Position numbers and translations under genes: made by a program. A stretch of DNA of 39,832 nt. Origin: a virus (Duplodnaviria > Caudoviricetes). The notes beneath the pieces were generated by a model. The model saw only the letters and a program-made list of their open reading frames with translations. It had not been told where the DNA came from and made no database searches. The stretch spans positions 1-39,832 of the IMG/VR virus record IMGVR_UViG_3300025296_000045. One strand, given 5' to 3'. Of the stretch, positions 27,891 to 35,243 are shown piece by piece. Positions within the stretch are counted from its first letter, which is position 1; every line of letters starts with the position of its first letter.

Positions 27891-28218
27891 GGTCATTCTC
27901 CGTCAAAAGGTTTTTAATGTGGTCTTCTCTTTGCTGTATTTTTTCTTTAGCTAAATCCTTTATTCCATCATAAAGCTCAATCGGTACTTCAATAAATTTT
28001 TCATCAGTCCACCCTTGTGAATACGATCTAACTCTTGCTTTTATAGATTTAACGAATGATATAAACAACCCATGTTCACCTCTGTCACTCATACCAGGAA
28101 ATGAAACCTTATCCATAGCATCAATCAATGCTTTCAACTTAATTAGTTCGTCAGTGTTGTATTTTATGGTTTTGGATAAGTGCTCTCTATCCTCTAGGGT
28201 TTTGTACAAATCCATCAC
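27883..28218 (-). CDS. Hypothetical protein
   Basis: AAGGAG RBS. Confidence 0.7.
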   Translation of the reverse strand: MMDLYKTLEDREHLSKTIKYNTDELIKLKALIDAMDKVSFPGMSDRGEHGLFISFVKSIKARVRSYSQGWTDEKFIEVPIELYDGIKDLAKEKIQQREDHIKNLLTENDHD

Positions 28219-28306
28219 TCTTCTCCTTTATAATCATTACCCACTAACTTCTCGAAAAAATAAAATGTATCTTCTTGCCAGTTGTTTAGCTTAATTATTA
28301 GTTGAA

Positions 28307-28456
28307 TCATTTCTTTTTCACCTTTTTATATCTAGTCATAATCATTTCGTTAACAACAGACTGCTTGTTAGCGCCTAGGTTACCTTTTTCTTTTTCGTCC
28401 TCTACAACGGCCTCTAACATGCGGTGAACGTTATCTAATAGTTTTACTTGCTTCAT
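28307..28456 (-). CDS. Small ribbon-helix-helix-like regulator (start MKQVKL)
   Basis: KQVKLLDNVHRML strand-helix pattern; AAGGA RBS; next to divergent promoters. Confidence 0.55.
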   Translation of the reverse strand: MKQVKLLDNVHRMLEAVVEDEKEKGNLGANKQSVVNEMIMTRYKKVKKK

Positions 28457-28485
28457 ATGTATCCTTATTCGTTGTTGATGATTGA

Positions 28486-28549
28486 AGTTTACTCGAATTA
28501 AAATAAAAGTCAAATAAAAGTTGACTCTATTTTAAAATAAGTCTACTAT
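28486..28549. promoter_or_regulatory. Divergent sigma70 promoters with palindromic operator
   Basis: Plus TTGACT-17-TACTAT (28521-28549) containing GACT-c-TATTTTAAAATA-AGTC; minus TTGACT-16-TAAACT. Confidence 0.65.
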
Positions 28550-28580
28550 TACTCCATCGAAACGAAAACGAGCAAACAAA

Positions 28581-28736
28581 ATGAATTGTTATATAGCAGA
28601 TCAAATAGCGGCACACTGTAACCAGGAAGAAGTTTTTTGTAGTGAGTGTGGTGGCAATATGTATGAGTCTGAATTTGATAGTGATGTTTTGGAATGTTCT
28701 GAATGTGATAATACTTATGTTAAGGAAGAAGAATAA
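28581..28736 (+). CDS. Small zinc-ribbon protein (51 aa)
   Basis: Hand-translated; CSECGG...LECSEC. Confidence 0.65.
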   Translation: MNCYIADQIAAHCNQEEVFCSECGGNMYESEFDSDVLECSECDNTYVKEEE

Positions 28737-28927
28737 TGATTAGGGCAAAGATTGAATTTGATCAAGGCAAGATAGCTACAGCTATAGCAGAAGAAGTACA
28801 GAAGAGCTTGGATTCTATGGAATGCTTTGATGGTCTGACAGATAAACAGAAGCAGGATGTATTTGAAACTGTTCATTATGAGGTTAGTGATTTTTTCAGA
28901 GAAAGTAACGGCATGGAGTTGGATTAA
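28736..28927 (+). CDS. Hypothetical protein
   Basis: TAATG coupling; stop abuts attC 4. Confidence 0.7.
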   Translation: MIRAKIEFDQGKIATAIAEEVQKSLDSMECFDGLTDKQKQDVFETVHYEVSDFFRESNGMELD

Positions 28928-28980
28928 CCTTAATTGTTAAACGGCTAGCTTTGCTAGTCCGATTCAATTGGTTGTTATGT
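28922..28980 (-). repeat. attC-like site 4 (59 bp, slightly irregular)
   Basis: Minus: ACATAAC-AACCA-ATTGAA[T]CGG[A]CTAGC-aaa-GCTAGCCGTTTAAC-AATTAAG-GTTAATC. Confidence 0.78.
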
Positions 28981-29009
28981 GTTTTAACTGGAGTTGATAG
29001 GAGAATGAA

Positions 29010-29189
29010 ATGAAATTATATGTAAAAGTTGGAAGAGTTGAGCTTGAGTATAGTGAGTCTACAGATTGTGGCAATTACCCGAAAGTAACAAGCAAAGATA
29101 GTTACGAAAACGGAACAAAAAGCGACAGATTACTTGAGTTTATAAAAGAGATGGCAGACAAAGCAGCTGAAATAGAAAAAGACACATAA
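29010..29189 (+). CDS. Cassette-borne hypothetical protein (59 aa, MKLYVKVGRVELEY...)
   Basis: Hand-translated; AGGAG RBS; stop in attC core. Confidence 0.75.
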   Translation: MKLYVKVGRVELEYSESTDCGNYPKVTSKDSYENGTKSDRLLEFIKEMADKAAEIEKDT

Positions 29190-29245
29190 CCTTTTAAATA
29201 AGCGGGCGAGGCTGTTTGCGCTCCGACTTTATTTTGTTGTTATGT
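29184..29245 (-). repeat. attC-like site 5 (62 bp)
   Basis: Minus: ACATAAC-AACAA-AAT[A]AAG[T]CGG[A]GCG...CGCCCGCTTATT-TAAAAG-GTTATGT. Confidence 0.88.
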
Positions 29246-29270
29246 TGCACTTACACAAGAGGAAAGATTG

Positions 29271-30026
29271 ATGCACTACGATGAACAAAGAGAAAAAGAA
29301 CAATTGAAGTCGTGGCTAATGCAAGGTGACTGCTTAGAGCGAATGAAAGAAATACCAGACGGATCAGTTGATATGATATTGACAGACCCACCTTATGGAA
29401 CAACCGCTTGTAAGTGGGATTCTATCATCCCATTAGAGCCAATGTGGGAGCAGCTGAAGCGGGTTATTAAGCCTAATGGGGCGATTGTTTTATTTGGTTC
29501 AGAACCTTTTTCAAGTGCTTTAAGAATGAGCAATACCAAGATGTTTAAGCACGATCTAATATGGAACAAAAACACATCTTCACCCGGCCTCGCCAAAATA
29601 AGACCGATGCCATCATTCGAAAATATGATGATATTTGGTGACGGCCTGATAACTTACAACCCACAAATGGAAGCGGGAAAACCATACAGGGACGGCAGAT
29701 CGTCTGATGAACGAAACCACCAGAACGAGCACAAGTACGGCTACAAAGGGCGCAAGGCGATAAACAATAAGGGGACTAGGTACCCCAAATCAATAGTTAA
29801 TATCACAAGGGTAAACCGAAAGGGGCAACACCCAACACAAAAGCCAGTCGCACTCATGGAATACCTAATCAAAACCTACACCAACGAGACCGAAACTGTT
29901 TTGGATTTCACTATGGGCAGTGGCACAACAGGCGTTGCATGTAAGAACCTAAACCGGAAATTTATCGGAATAGAGTTAGACGAAGAATACTTCAAGATTG
30001 CACAAGGGCGTATTAGTGCAACATAA
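29271..30026 (+). CDS. Cassette-borne DNA methyltransferase (N6-A/N4-C, beta class)
   Basis: DPPY catalytic motif precedes HPTQKP and DFTMGSGTT SAM-binding motif. Confidence 0.93.
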   Translation: MHYDEQREKEQLKSWLMQGDCLERMKEIPDGSVDMILTDPPYGTTACKWDSIIPLEPMWEQLKRVIKPNGAIVLFGSEPFSSALRMSNTKMFKHDLIWNKNTSSPGLAKIRPMPSFENMMIFGDGLITYNPQMEAGKPYRDGRSSDERNHQNEHKYGYKGRKAINNKGTRYPKSIVNITRVNRKGQHPTQKPVALMEYLIKTYTNETETVLDFTMGSGTTGVACKNLNRKFIGIELDEEYFKIAQGRISAT

Positions 30027-30075
30027 CCTTTTAAATAACGGGCGTTACACGTCCCAGTTTATTTGGTTGTTATGT
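30021..30075 (-). repeat. attC-like site 6 (55 bp)
   Basis: Minus: ACATAAC-AACCA-AAT[A]AAC[T]GGG[A]CGT-gta-ACGCCCGTTATT-TAAAAG-GTTATGT. Confidence 0.9.
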
Positions 30076-30109
30076 TACCGTTACAAATACTGAACTGGAG
30101 AAATAAATA

Positions 30110-30451
30110 ATGGGTGATCCAAAATACACACCGAAAGCAAATGGGATAATGCACGAAGATGGTTATATGCTGCCAGATGATGAGCCGTTAATGATATTAC
30201 GGGGTAAAGACATCGGCGCGTTAAATAATATTGTTGATTATATAGAGATGCTACAAGAGCAAGTACCGCAAACACCTACAATAGTTAGCCACTTGAAATC
30301 ATCAAGCGAGCGACTATTGGCATTTTACAACTACCAAGTAGAAAACCCAGAATTACAAAGCGTTGGATGTTCAAGGCGATCACATATTGACTCGTTGTAT
30401 TTCTTGGGTAGAGCAGCCAAGAAATTAGTTGAACTTGGTTTAGTAACATAA
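30110..30451 (+). CDS. Cassette-borne hypothetical protein
   Basis: GGAG RBS; PDDEPLMILRGKD motif; stop in attC core. Confidence 0.8.
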   Translation: MGDPKYTPKANGIMHEDGYMLPDDEPLMILRGKDIGALNNIVDYIEMLQEQVPQTPTIVSHLKSSSERLLAFYNYQVENPELQSVGCSRRSHIDSLYFLGRAAKKLVELGLVT

Positions 30452-30499
30452 CAATGAGTTAGCAGGCGCGTAGCGTCCTAGCTAAACGAGGTGTTATAG
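30446..30499 (-). repeat. attC-like site 7 (head subfamily, 54 bp)
   Basis: Minus: CTATAAC-ACCTC-GTT[T]AGC[T]AGG[A]CGC-tac-GCGCCTGCTAAC-TCATT-GTTATGT. Confidence 0.9.
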
Positions 30500-30507
30500 G
30501 AGCATCT

Positions 30508-30639
30508 ATGAACAAACAAACAGTAACGGTAACAATTAAAGGTCAGCCAGTTTATTTTAACGGTGATGAATTAACGTCACCGGTTGAACAGGCTATTGAA
30601 TATTTGAAAGAGTTAAGCGAACAGGAGCAGGAATTCTAA
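30508..30639 (+). CDS. Small hypothetical protein (43 aa)
   Basis: Hand-translated MNKQTVTVTIKG...; AGGAG RBS; TAATG coupling to erf. Confidence 0.6.
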   Translation: MNKQTVTVTIKGQPVYFNGDELTSPVEQAIEYLKELSEQEQEF

Positions 30640-31205
30640 TGCAAAAGTCAGAATCAATAAAGGCGATAGCGTCAGCCTTGAATAAAGCACAGAATGAAAT
30701 GTCAGGGGCGCACAAAGCAAAAGATAACCCCTTCTTTAAATCTAAGTATGCTGACTTAGCTGAGGTAGTTAAAGCTGTTAAAGAGCCTTTTGCTAATAAT
30801 GGATTGAGCTATGTTCAGTTCCCTATTGAGAAAGACGGACGAATAGGCATTGAAACTATATTGATGCACGAAAGCGGCGAGTTTATGAGTAATGAATTTA
30901 CAGTACAGTTAACTAAACAGGATGCGCAAGGAGCTGGATCAGCTATTACATATTGTCGCAGATACGCTTTACAGTCTGTTGCTGGCATTCCTAGTGAAGA
31001 TGATGATGGCAATGCTGCTTCACCTCAGCCAAATCAAAAACAAGATGACGATAAGCCTTGGTATGATGATTCAAACTGGGAAGTAGATAAACAAGGGGTA
31101 ACGAATGCAATCAAGGGAGGAACTCCTCCAGAACAAGTTATTAAGCAGATAGCTGGTAGCTTTAAAATCGCTAAAAAATACCGTGAAATGATTAAGGCAA
31201 TATAA
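30639..31205 (+). CDS. erf: ERF-family single-strand annealing protein
   Basis: NPFFKSKYADL, Q..GSAITY.RRYAL and EDDDGN motifs. Confidence 0.92.
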   Translation: MQKSESIKAIASALNKAQNEMSGAHKAKDNPFFKSKYADLAEVVKAVKEPFANNGLSYVQFPIEKDGRIGIETILMHESGEFMSNEFTVQLTKQDAQGAGSAITYCRRYALQSVAGIPSEDDDGNAASPQPNQKQDDDKPWYDDSNWEVDKQGVTNAIKGGTPPEQVIKQIAGSFKIAKKYREMIKAI

Positions 31206-31206
31206 A

Positions 31207-31692
31207 ATGAACTTACGTGAATTGACAGAAGATCAAGACGCTATATTGGCGCAAGTTGAAAATGGTGATTTTACGATTGATGATGTAAGTGATCACCTTG
31301 ATATGATACGAGAGGATAGAGAGCAAAAAATCGAAAACTATCTTCATGTTATTAATCGACTAACAAGCGAAGAAATAACAGTTACAAAAGAAATCGACAG
31401 ACTCCAGGATATTAGATTAGCCAAAGAAAAGGCGCTAAAGAATATTAAAGAATGGCTGTTGATAAGCCTTAAGGATGGCGAAAAGTACGAATTTAACTTG
31501 TTTAAGGTTACTCGAGTAAAAGGTCGTGAAGTACTCCAAGTGAATAGCACTAACGATATCCCTGAGAAGTACATAACAATAAAAATGACTAACACTATAG
31601 ATAAGCGCGGCATGTTAACTGATTTAAAAAATGGCGCTGAAATAAAAGGCGCTGAACTATCAACTGGTAAATCAAGCTTAAGAATTAAATAG
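31207..31692 (+). CDS. Siphovirus Gp157-family protein
   Basis: EIDRL...L..IK..L and IPEKY..IDK..L..G.EI.GAEL....SLRIK. Confidence 0.85.
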   Translation: MNLRELTEDQDAILAQVENGDFTIDDVSDHLDMIREDREQKIENYLHVINRLTSEEITVTKEIDRLQDIRLAKEKALKNIKEWLLISLKDGEKYEFNLFKVTRVKGREVLQVNSTNDIPEKYITIKMTNTIDKRGMLTDLKNGAEIKGAELSTGKSSLRIK

Positions 31693-31701
31693 GAGAGTAA
31701 G

Positions 31702-32202
31702 ATGGGAAGAGGAATAAACAAGGTAATCGTCGTCGGTAATTTAGGGCAAGATCCAGAAGTTCGCTTTATGCCAAACGGCGGCGCAGTAGCAAATTTTACA
31801 GTAGCAACTAGTGAGGCATGGAAAGACAAGCAGTCTGGTGAGCAAAAAGAAAAAACAGAATGGCATCGTATTGTAATCTATCAACGTTTAGCTGAGATTG
31901 CCGGTGAATATTTGAAAAAAGGTTCAAAGGTATATTTAGAAGGAAAGCTTCAAACGCGTAAATGGCAAAACCAGCAAGGCGCAGATCAATACACGACAGA
32001 GATCATCGTTAATGATATGCAAATGTTGGATTCGCGTAGTCAAGGTGGTTCACAACAACAAGGTCAAGGAGGATTTAATCAGGCGCCCGCACAACAGAAA
32101 GGAGGTTTCCAGCAGGCTGCACCACAGAAGCTACCAACAATGGCACAGCAACAAGGTGGATTTCAGCAGCAAGAACCTTTTGACGATGACATTGCATTTT
32201 AA
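31702..32202 (+). CDS. ssb: Single-stranded DNA-binding protein
   Basis: [19 protein letters not shown]...TEWHR; acidic DDDIAF tail. Confidence 0.97.
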   Translation: MGRGINKVIVVGNLGQDPEVRFMPNGGAVANFTVATSEAWKDKQSGEQKEKTEWHRIVIYQRLAEIAGEYLKKGSKVYLEGKLQTRKWQNQQGADQYTTEIIVNDMQMLDSRSQGGSQQQGQGGFNQAPAQQKGGFQQAAPQKLPTMAQQQGGFQQQEPFDDDIAF

Positions 32203-32251
32203 GTTATATAAGCACCTGCTTAATGTGGGTGCAATCCTTTAAGGAGGTAAT

Positions 32252-32440
32252 ATGATTAGCCAAGTAACATTTATAGCTAAGAATGAAAAATGTACTAGCT
32301 TGCAGCCTAAGCGTTATTTGATTAACACAGATGATAAACATCTGGCATTAAGTAAAGGGTATCAGCTTTTAATGAAAGAGAAACATTGTGATTTATATAA
32401 AGCTTTGCCTGTTAAATTTTTAGATGTGCATGATGTGTAA
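32252..32440 (+). CDS. Hypothetical protein
   Basis: AAGGAGG RBS; stop abuts attC 8. Confidence 0.65.
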   Translation: MISQVTFIAKNEKCTSLQPKRYLINTDDKHLALSKGYQLLMKEKHCDLYKALPVKFLDVHDV

Positions 32441-32561
32441 CCTTAGCTTAATGGGTTGCGTAAAGTAACCATAAACGATTTAAAGGACACAGGAATAAAT
32501 ATTATGACCGAACTAGAAAAAACACTAACTGTTAGCAATCCCGTTGAAGCCGTTGTTAGTT
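32435..32561 (-). repeat. attC-like site 8 (127 bp, long loop)
   Basis: Minus: AACTAAC-AACGG-CTT[C]AACGGG[A]TTGC...GCAACCCATTAAG-CTAAG-GTTACAC. Confidence 0.82.
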
Positions 32562-32743
32562 GTGATGAACTGAAAGTTATATGTGACACTGTTGTTGAGC
32601 TAGCAAGAATAAGGCAGAAAGGCTGCAACCATTTATGTGTTGAGAATTTCGCTCAGCAATGTTTTGGGCAATTGCTTACAGAGTTACGGCTAAATAAAGA
32701 AGGCAAACTGAGAATATTCAACACAGAATTAGAGTCCAACTAA
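32504..32743 (+). CDS. Cassette-borne hypothetical protein starting inside attC 8 (MTELEKT...)
   Basis: AGGA RBS and the only in-frame ATG lie in the attC loop; stop in attC 9 core. Confidence 0.7.
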   Translation: MTELEKTLTVSNPVEAVVSCDELKVICDTVVELARIRQKGCNHLCVENFAQQCFGQLLTELRLNKEGKLRIFNTELESN

Positions 32744-32791
32744 CATGTAGCGCACAGGCGCAACGCGTCCTAGTGGCGCGTGGTGTTATGT
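32738..32791 (-). repeat. attC-like site 9 (head subfamily, 54 bp)
   Basis: Minus: ACATAAC-ACCAC-GCG[C]CAC[T]AGG[A]CGC-gtt-GCGCCTGTGCGC-TACAT-GTTAGTT. Confidence 0.88.
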
Positions 32792-32927
32792 AAATAACTA
32801 AAACCCGAATTAACGGGCGTCTTTAACAATCTCAGTATTAAATATCTACTGGCGGCGTTGGGTTTGGGTGTACGGGCGGTAAATCTGCCCTTACATTCAA
32901 CATTCATATTACAGCTAATTGCTGTCC

Positions 32928-33404
32928 TCATTGTTTTCCACCAAACACTTTTATGATTAGCGGCTCTAAATTTTTAACTGTTCTTTCGCCGAACAAGAAA
33001 CCTAACACTAAAATATTAATTACTATCAAAGCGGTTTGTTGTTGCTCTGAATAATCAGTAACAGTAGTAAACCATTTGAAGTCTAAGTACATCGTAAAGA
33101 ACCCCCATAAAGGACGCTGCAATCCACGCAAGAATAAAATAATCCTACCAATGAACGGAAGCTGCTTTAAATCGCTAGCTGTTCCCTCTTGGCTTTCTAT
33201 TCTCTTATCTAACTGCTTAGCTGATTCTGCTACAATGCTGCTAGCTTCAATTTCCTTCTGATGTAAAAACTTCTGTAAATTTAATTCAGTTTCGGCCTTT
33301 TGCTGCGGTGTCATATCTGGCGGAAAGTAAGACATTACACCTTCTTTGATTTCCTTGAATAATCCACCACCAACAAAGTCAGCGACCTTAGATAAGATGC
33401 TCAT
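32928..33404 (-). CDS. Putative holin (3TM-holin-like)
   Basis: Amphipathic N-terminus, RPLWG TM segment and VLGFLFGERT..K motif. Confidence 0.7.
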   Translation of the reverse strand: MSILSKVADFVGGGLFKEIKEGVMSYFPPDMTPQQKAETELNLQKFLHQKEIEASSIVAESAKQLDKRIESQEGTASDLKQLPFIGRIILFLRGLQRPLWGFFTMYLDFKWFTTVTDYSEQQQTALIVINILVLGFLFGERTVKNLEPLIIKVFGGKQ

Positions 33405-33635
33405 GTTATACGCCTGTAAATCCGTTACCCGTCACTCCTTCGTCAATAATTCCTTCATTTGTTGGTTTACATACACCGGGCGAGGTTGGCTCAAACATAA
33501 TGATACTCCTTATAAATTTTGTACAGTATACCACCAATATGTAAAGAATACATTACAACGATTTAGTTATAGATAATCGTTTTTTATGCGAATACGGTAT
33601 TTCACAATATTGTTATTTTTAATTATTCTTTGGTT

Positions 33636-33902
33636 ATGAAATCAAACATAGATAAGCAAATGTCACACATAAAATCACTAGAAACTTTAGTTAAATCTAA
33701 AGACATTAAAATAATAGAATTAGAGAAAGAAATATCAAGAATGAAGCGTTTTTATATGACTAGATACGAAAAGCTAGAAAAGGCTTTTGATTTTGAATAT
33801 AAACGCGCAGAGCTTCTTCAATACGATTTAAATATGGCTGATGATTTTATATCAGAGGTTTGTGATAAATACGCATTAAAATATTCTAGGAAACCATCAT
33901 AA
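33636..33902 (+). CDS. Coiled-coil hypothetical protein
   Basis: ORF; heptad pattern. Confidence 0.6.
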   Translation: MKSNIDKQMSHIKSLETLVKSKDIKIIELEKEISRMKRFYMTRYEKLEKAFDFEYKRAELLQYDLNMADDFISEVCDKYALKYSRKPS

Positions 33903-33911
33903 GGAAATATC

Positions 33912-34121
33912 ATGCTAAACGCATTAACAGTAAATAAAATATTAGGCGGTCAGTTATTGGCTATGCAAAAACCACCTGTATCTGATTGTTACAGTCAAGC
34001 TTTTAAGCGTAAAGTTTTAAACTGCGTTAAAGATACTGGCAGCTCAAGAGAAGCAAGCAGGGTTTTTGACCTACAACGCACGATGATAGATAGATGGGTT
34101 CGTGAAGATAATAGATACTAA
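33912..34121 (+). CDS. Small HTH protein
   Basis: YSQAFKRKVL...S.REASRVFDL....IDRWVR; stop abuts attC 10. Confidence 0.7.
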   Translation: MLNALTVNKILGGQLLAMQKPPVSDCYSQAFKRKVLNCVKDTGSSREASRVFDLQRTMIDRWVREDNRY

Positions 34122-34171
34122 CCCCAAGCTTAATGGTGCCGAAGGCATCCAATTACAGCGCCTTGTTAGGC
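34116..34171 (-). repeat. attC-like site 10 (56 bp)
   Basis: Minus: GCCTAAC-AAGGC-GCT[G]TAA[T]TGG[A]TGCC-ttc-GGCACCATTAAGC-TTGGG-GTTAGTA. Confidence 0.9.
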
Positions 34172-34193
34172 GTGAACGAACAGGAGAGATGAT

Positions 34194-34382
34194 ATGAAAA
34201 AACCAAAGGAATTAACAAGCTGGGACTTCTCTGATACTGAAATGGTGCCAGAGGGATACGACATGACAAGCATACCAAAGCTAACACAAGACAACTTTCG
34301 GACGCTTATAGATGAGCATAATAATCTGGTTGAAGTTGTTAATATGTTATGTGAAAAGCATGGTCTGATTTTTGACGACTAA
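34194..34382 (+). CDS. Cassette-borne hypothetical protein
   Basis: AGGAG RBS; stop in attC core. Confidence 0.78.
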   Translation: MKKPKELTSWDFSDTEMVPEGYDMTSIPKLTQDNFRTLIDEHNNLVEVVNMLCEKHGLIFDD

Positions 34383-34436
34383 CCTTTTAAATAAACTGCG
34401 AGCGTAGCGAAGTCAGATTTGATTTTGTTGTTATGT
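34377..34436 (-). repeat. attC-like site 11 (60 bp)
   Basis: Minus: ACATAAC-AACAA-AAT[C]AAA[T]CTG[A]C...GCAGTTTATT-TAAAAG-GTTAGTC. Confidence 0.9.
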
Positions 34437-34461
34437 TACCGCCACTGAAAGGATTGATAGA

Positions 34462-34650
34462 ATGAAAGATAAAGACGAAATGAATAGCTATAGCTACTAC
34501 AGAAAAAGCACTAAGCAATGGGTTTACGTCTGCGATGGTGTAGCAGAAAACACAAATTACATATTTAGATACTCACATAAATTTAAGTTTGTCGCATTTT
34601 GGGTGATGATTTTAAATATAGATAGCGACTTACTTGATTTAGTAACATAA
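34462..34650 (+). CDS. Cassette-borne hypothetical protein
   Basis: AAGGA RBS; stop in attC core. Confidence 0.72.
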   Translation: MKDKDEMNSYSYYRKSTKQWVYVCDGVAENTNYIFRYSHKFKFVAFWVMILNIDSDLLDLVT

Positions 34651-34700
34651 CCTCGCGCTAAGTTGTGAGGTACGAATCAAATTTAAGCGCCTTGTTATAT
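34645..34700 (-). repeat. attC-like site 12 (56 bp)
   Basis: Minus: ATATAAC-AAGGC-GCT[T]AAA[T]TTG[A]T...ACAACTTAGC-GCGAG-GTTATGT. Confidence 0.85.
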
Positions 34701-34721
34701 GGCAACTTAAGGAGACAAAGA

Positions 34722-34904
34722 ATGACCACTAAATATGAAATGAGATACAAAACTAACGGATATCCTTGGAAGGTATTTGACACATACAAAACAAAAGATG
34801 ATCCAGAGTTAATATGGCATTACAAAATGTACAGTAAAAGCAAAATAATTAAAGAAGTGGAAGTTATAGAGGTAATAACGACTAGAAATAAAATTGCCAT
34901 ATAA
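34722..34904 (+). CDS. Cassette-borne hypothetical protein (start corrected to MTTKYEMRY)
   Basis: TAAGGAG RBS; stop in attC core. Confidence 0.78.
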   Translation: MTTKYEMRYKTNGYPWKVFDTYKTKDDPELIWHYKMYSKSKIIKEVEVIEVITTRNKIAI

Positions 34905-34958
34905 CCATTTAAATAAACGGTGCAGCGTAGCAAGTCCGCTTTAATTTGCTTGTTATGT
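34899..34958 (-). repeat. attC-like site 13 (60 bp)
   Basis: Minus: ACATAAC-AAGCA-AAT[T]AAA[G]CGG[A]...CCGTTTATT-TAAATG-GTTATAT. Confidence 0.88.
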
Positions 34959-34982
34959 TGCGGACCAGATAGGAGAGGAAAA

Positions 34983-35243
34983 ATGAATTGTAAAGATTGT
35001 AAGTACTGGAGTGAGCGAGATCGGTACGAGGACGATAAAGATATTGACGTTAGAAAATGCACTAGAGTTAAAATGTTCTGGGATTGTACTGAGTGGGGTG
35101 ATGAAGATAACAACTACGAGCGAAGATTTACTAAGGCTGCTGAGAATAATAAGGCATTTGTTCAAGACGGCAGTGATTATATAGCGCACTTGTTAACGCT
35201 TGGTGATTTCGGGTGTAATCAATTTGAAGCCAAAGCAACATAA
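34983..35243 (+). CDS. Cassette-borne Cys-rich protein (start corrected to MNCKDCKYW)
   Basis: GAGGA RBS; CxxC...C...DFGC motif; stop in attC core. Confidence 0.8.
   Translation: MNCKDCKYWSERDRYEDDKDIDVRKCTRVKMFWDCTEWGDEDNNYERRFTKAAENNKAFVQDGSDYIAHLLTLGDFGCNQFEAKAT

Larger units (their letters stand above)
28922..30499 (-). mobile_element. attC cassette array 2: head site plus 3 cassettes (30027-30451, 29190-30026, 28928-29189)
   Basis: Four attC-like sites; complementary ends GTTATGTTAC/GTAACATAAC, GTTATGTTGCAC/GTGCAACATAAC, GTTATGTGT/ACACATAAC. Confidence 0.9.
32435..32791 (-). mobile_element. attC cassette array 3: head site plus 1 cassette (32441-32743)
   Basis: Two attC-like sites; complementary ends GTTAGTTG/CAACTAAC. 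Confidence 0.82.

Noticed and set aside
28922-30499. attC-like hairpins as ordinary intrinsic terminators
   Set aside because: Fixed TAAC/GTTA cores, regular bulge spacing and cassette-end complementarity are not terminator features, and they lack clean U tracts
32770-32931. Possible 53-aa minus-strand ORF downstream of the holin
   Set aside because: It has an ATGA overlap but runs into attC 9 and has no recognisable features; not supportable
33912-34121. IS3-like transposase fragment
   Set aside because: Only a 69-aa HTH; no catalytic ORF or terminal inverted repeats seen
34665-34982. Track starts at 34665, 34920 and 22872 that run through attC sites
   Set aside because: Better RBS-linked ATGs lie just downstream of the sites (34722, 34983, 22842)
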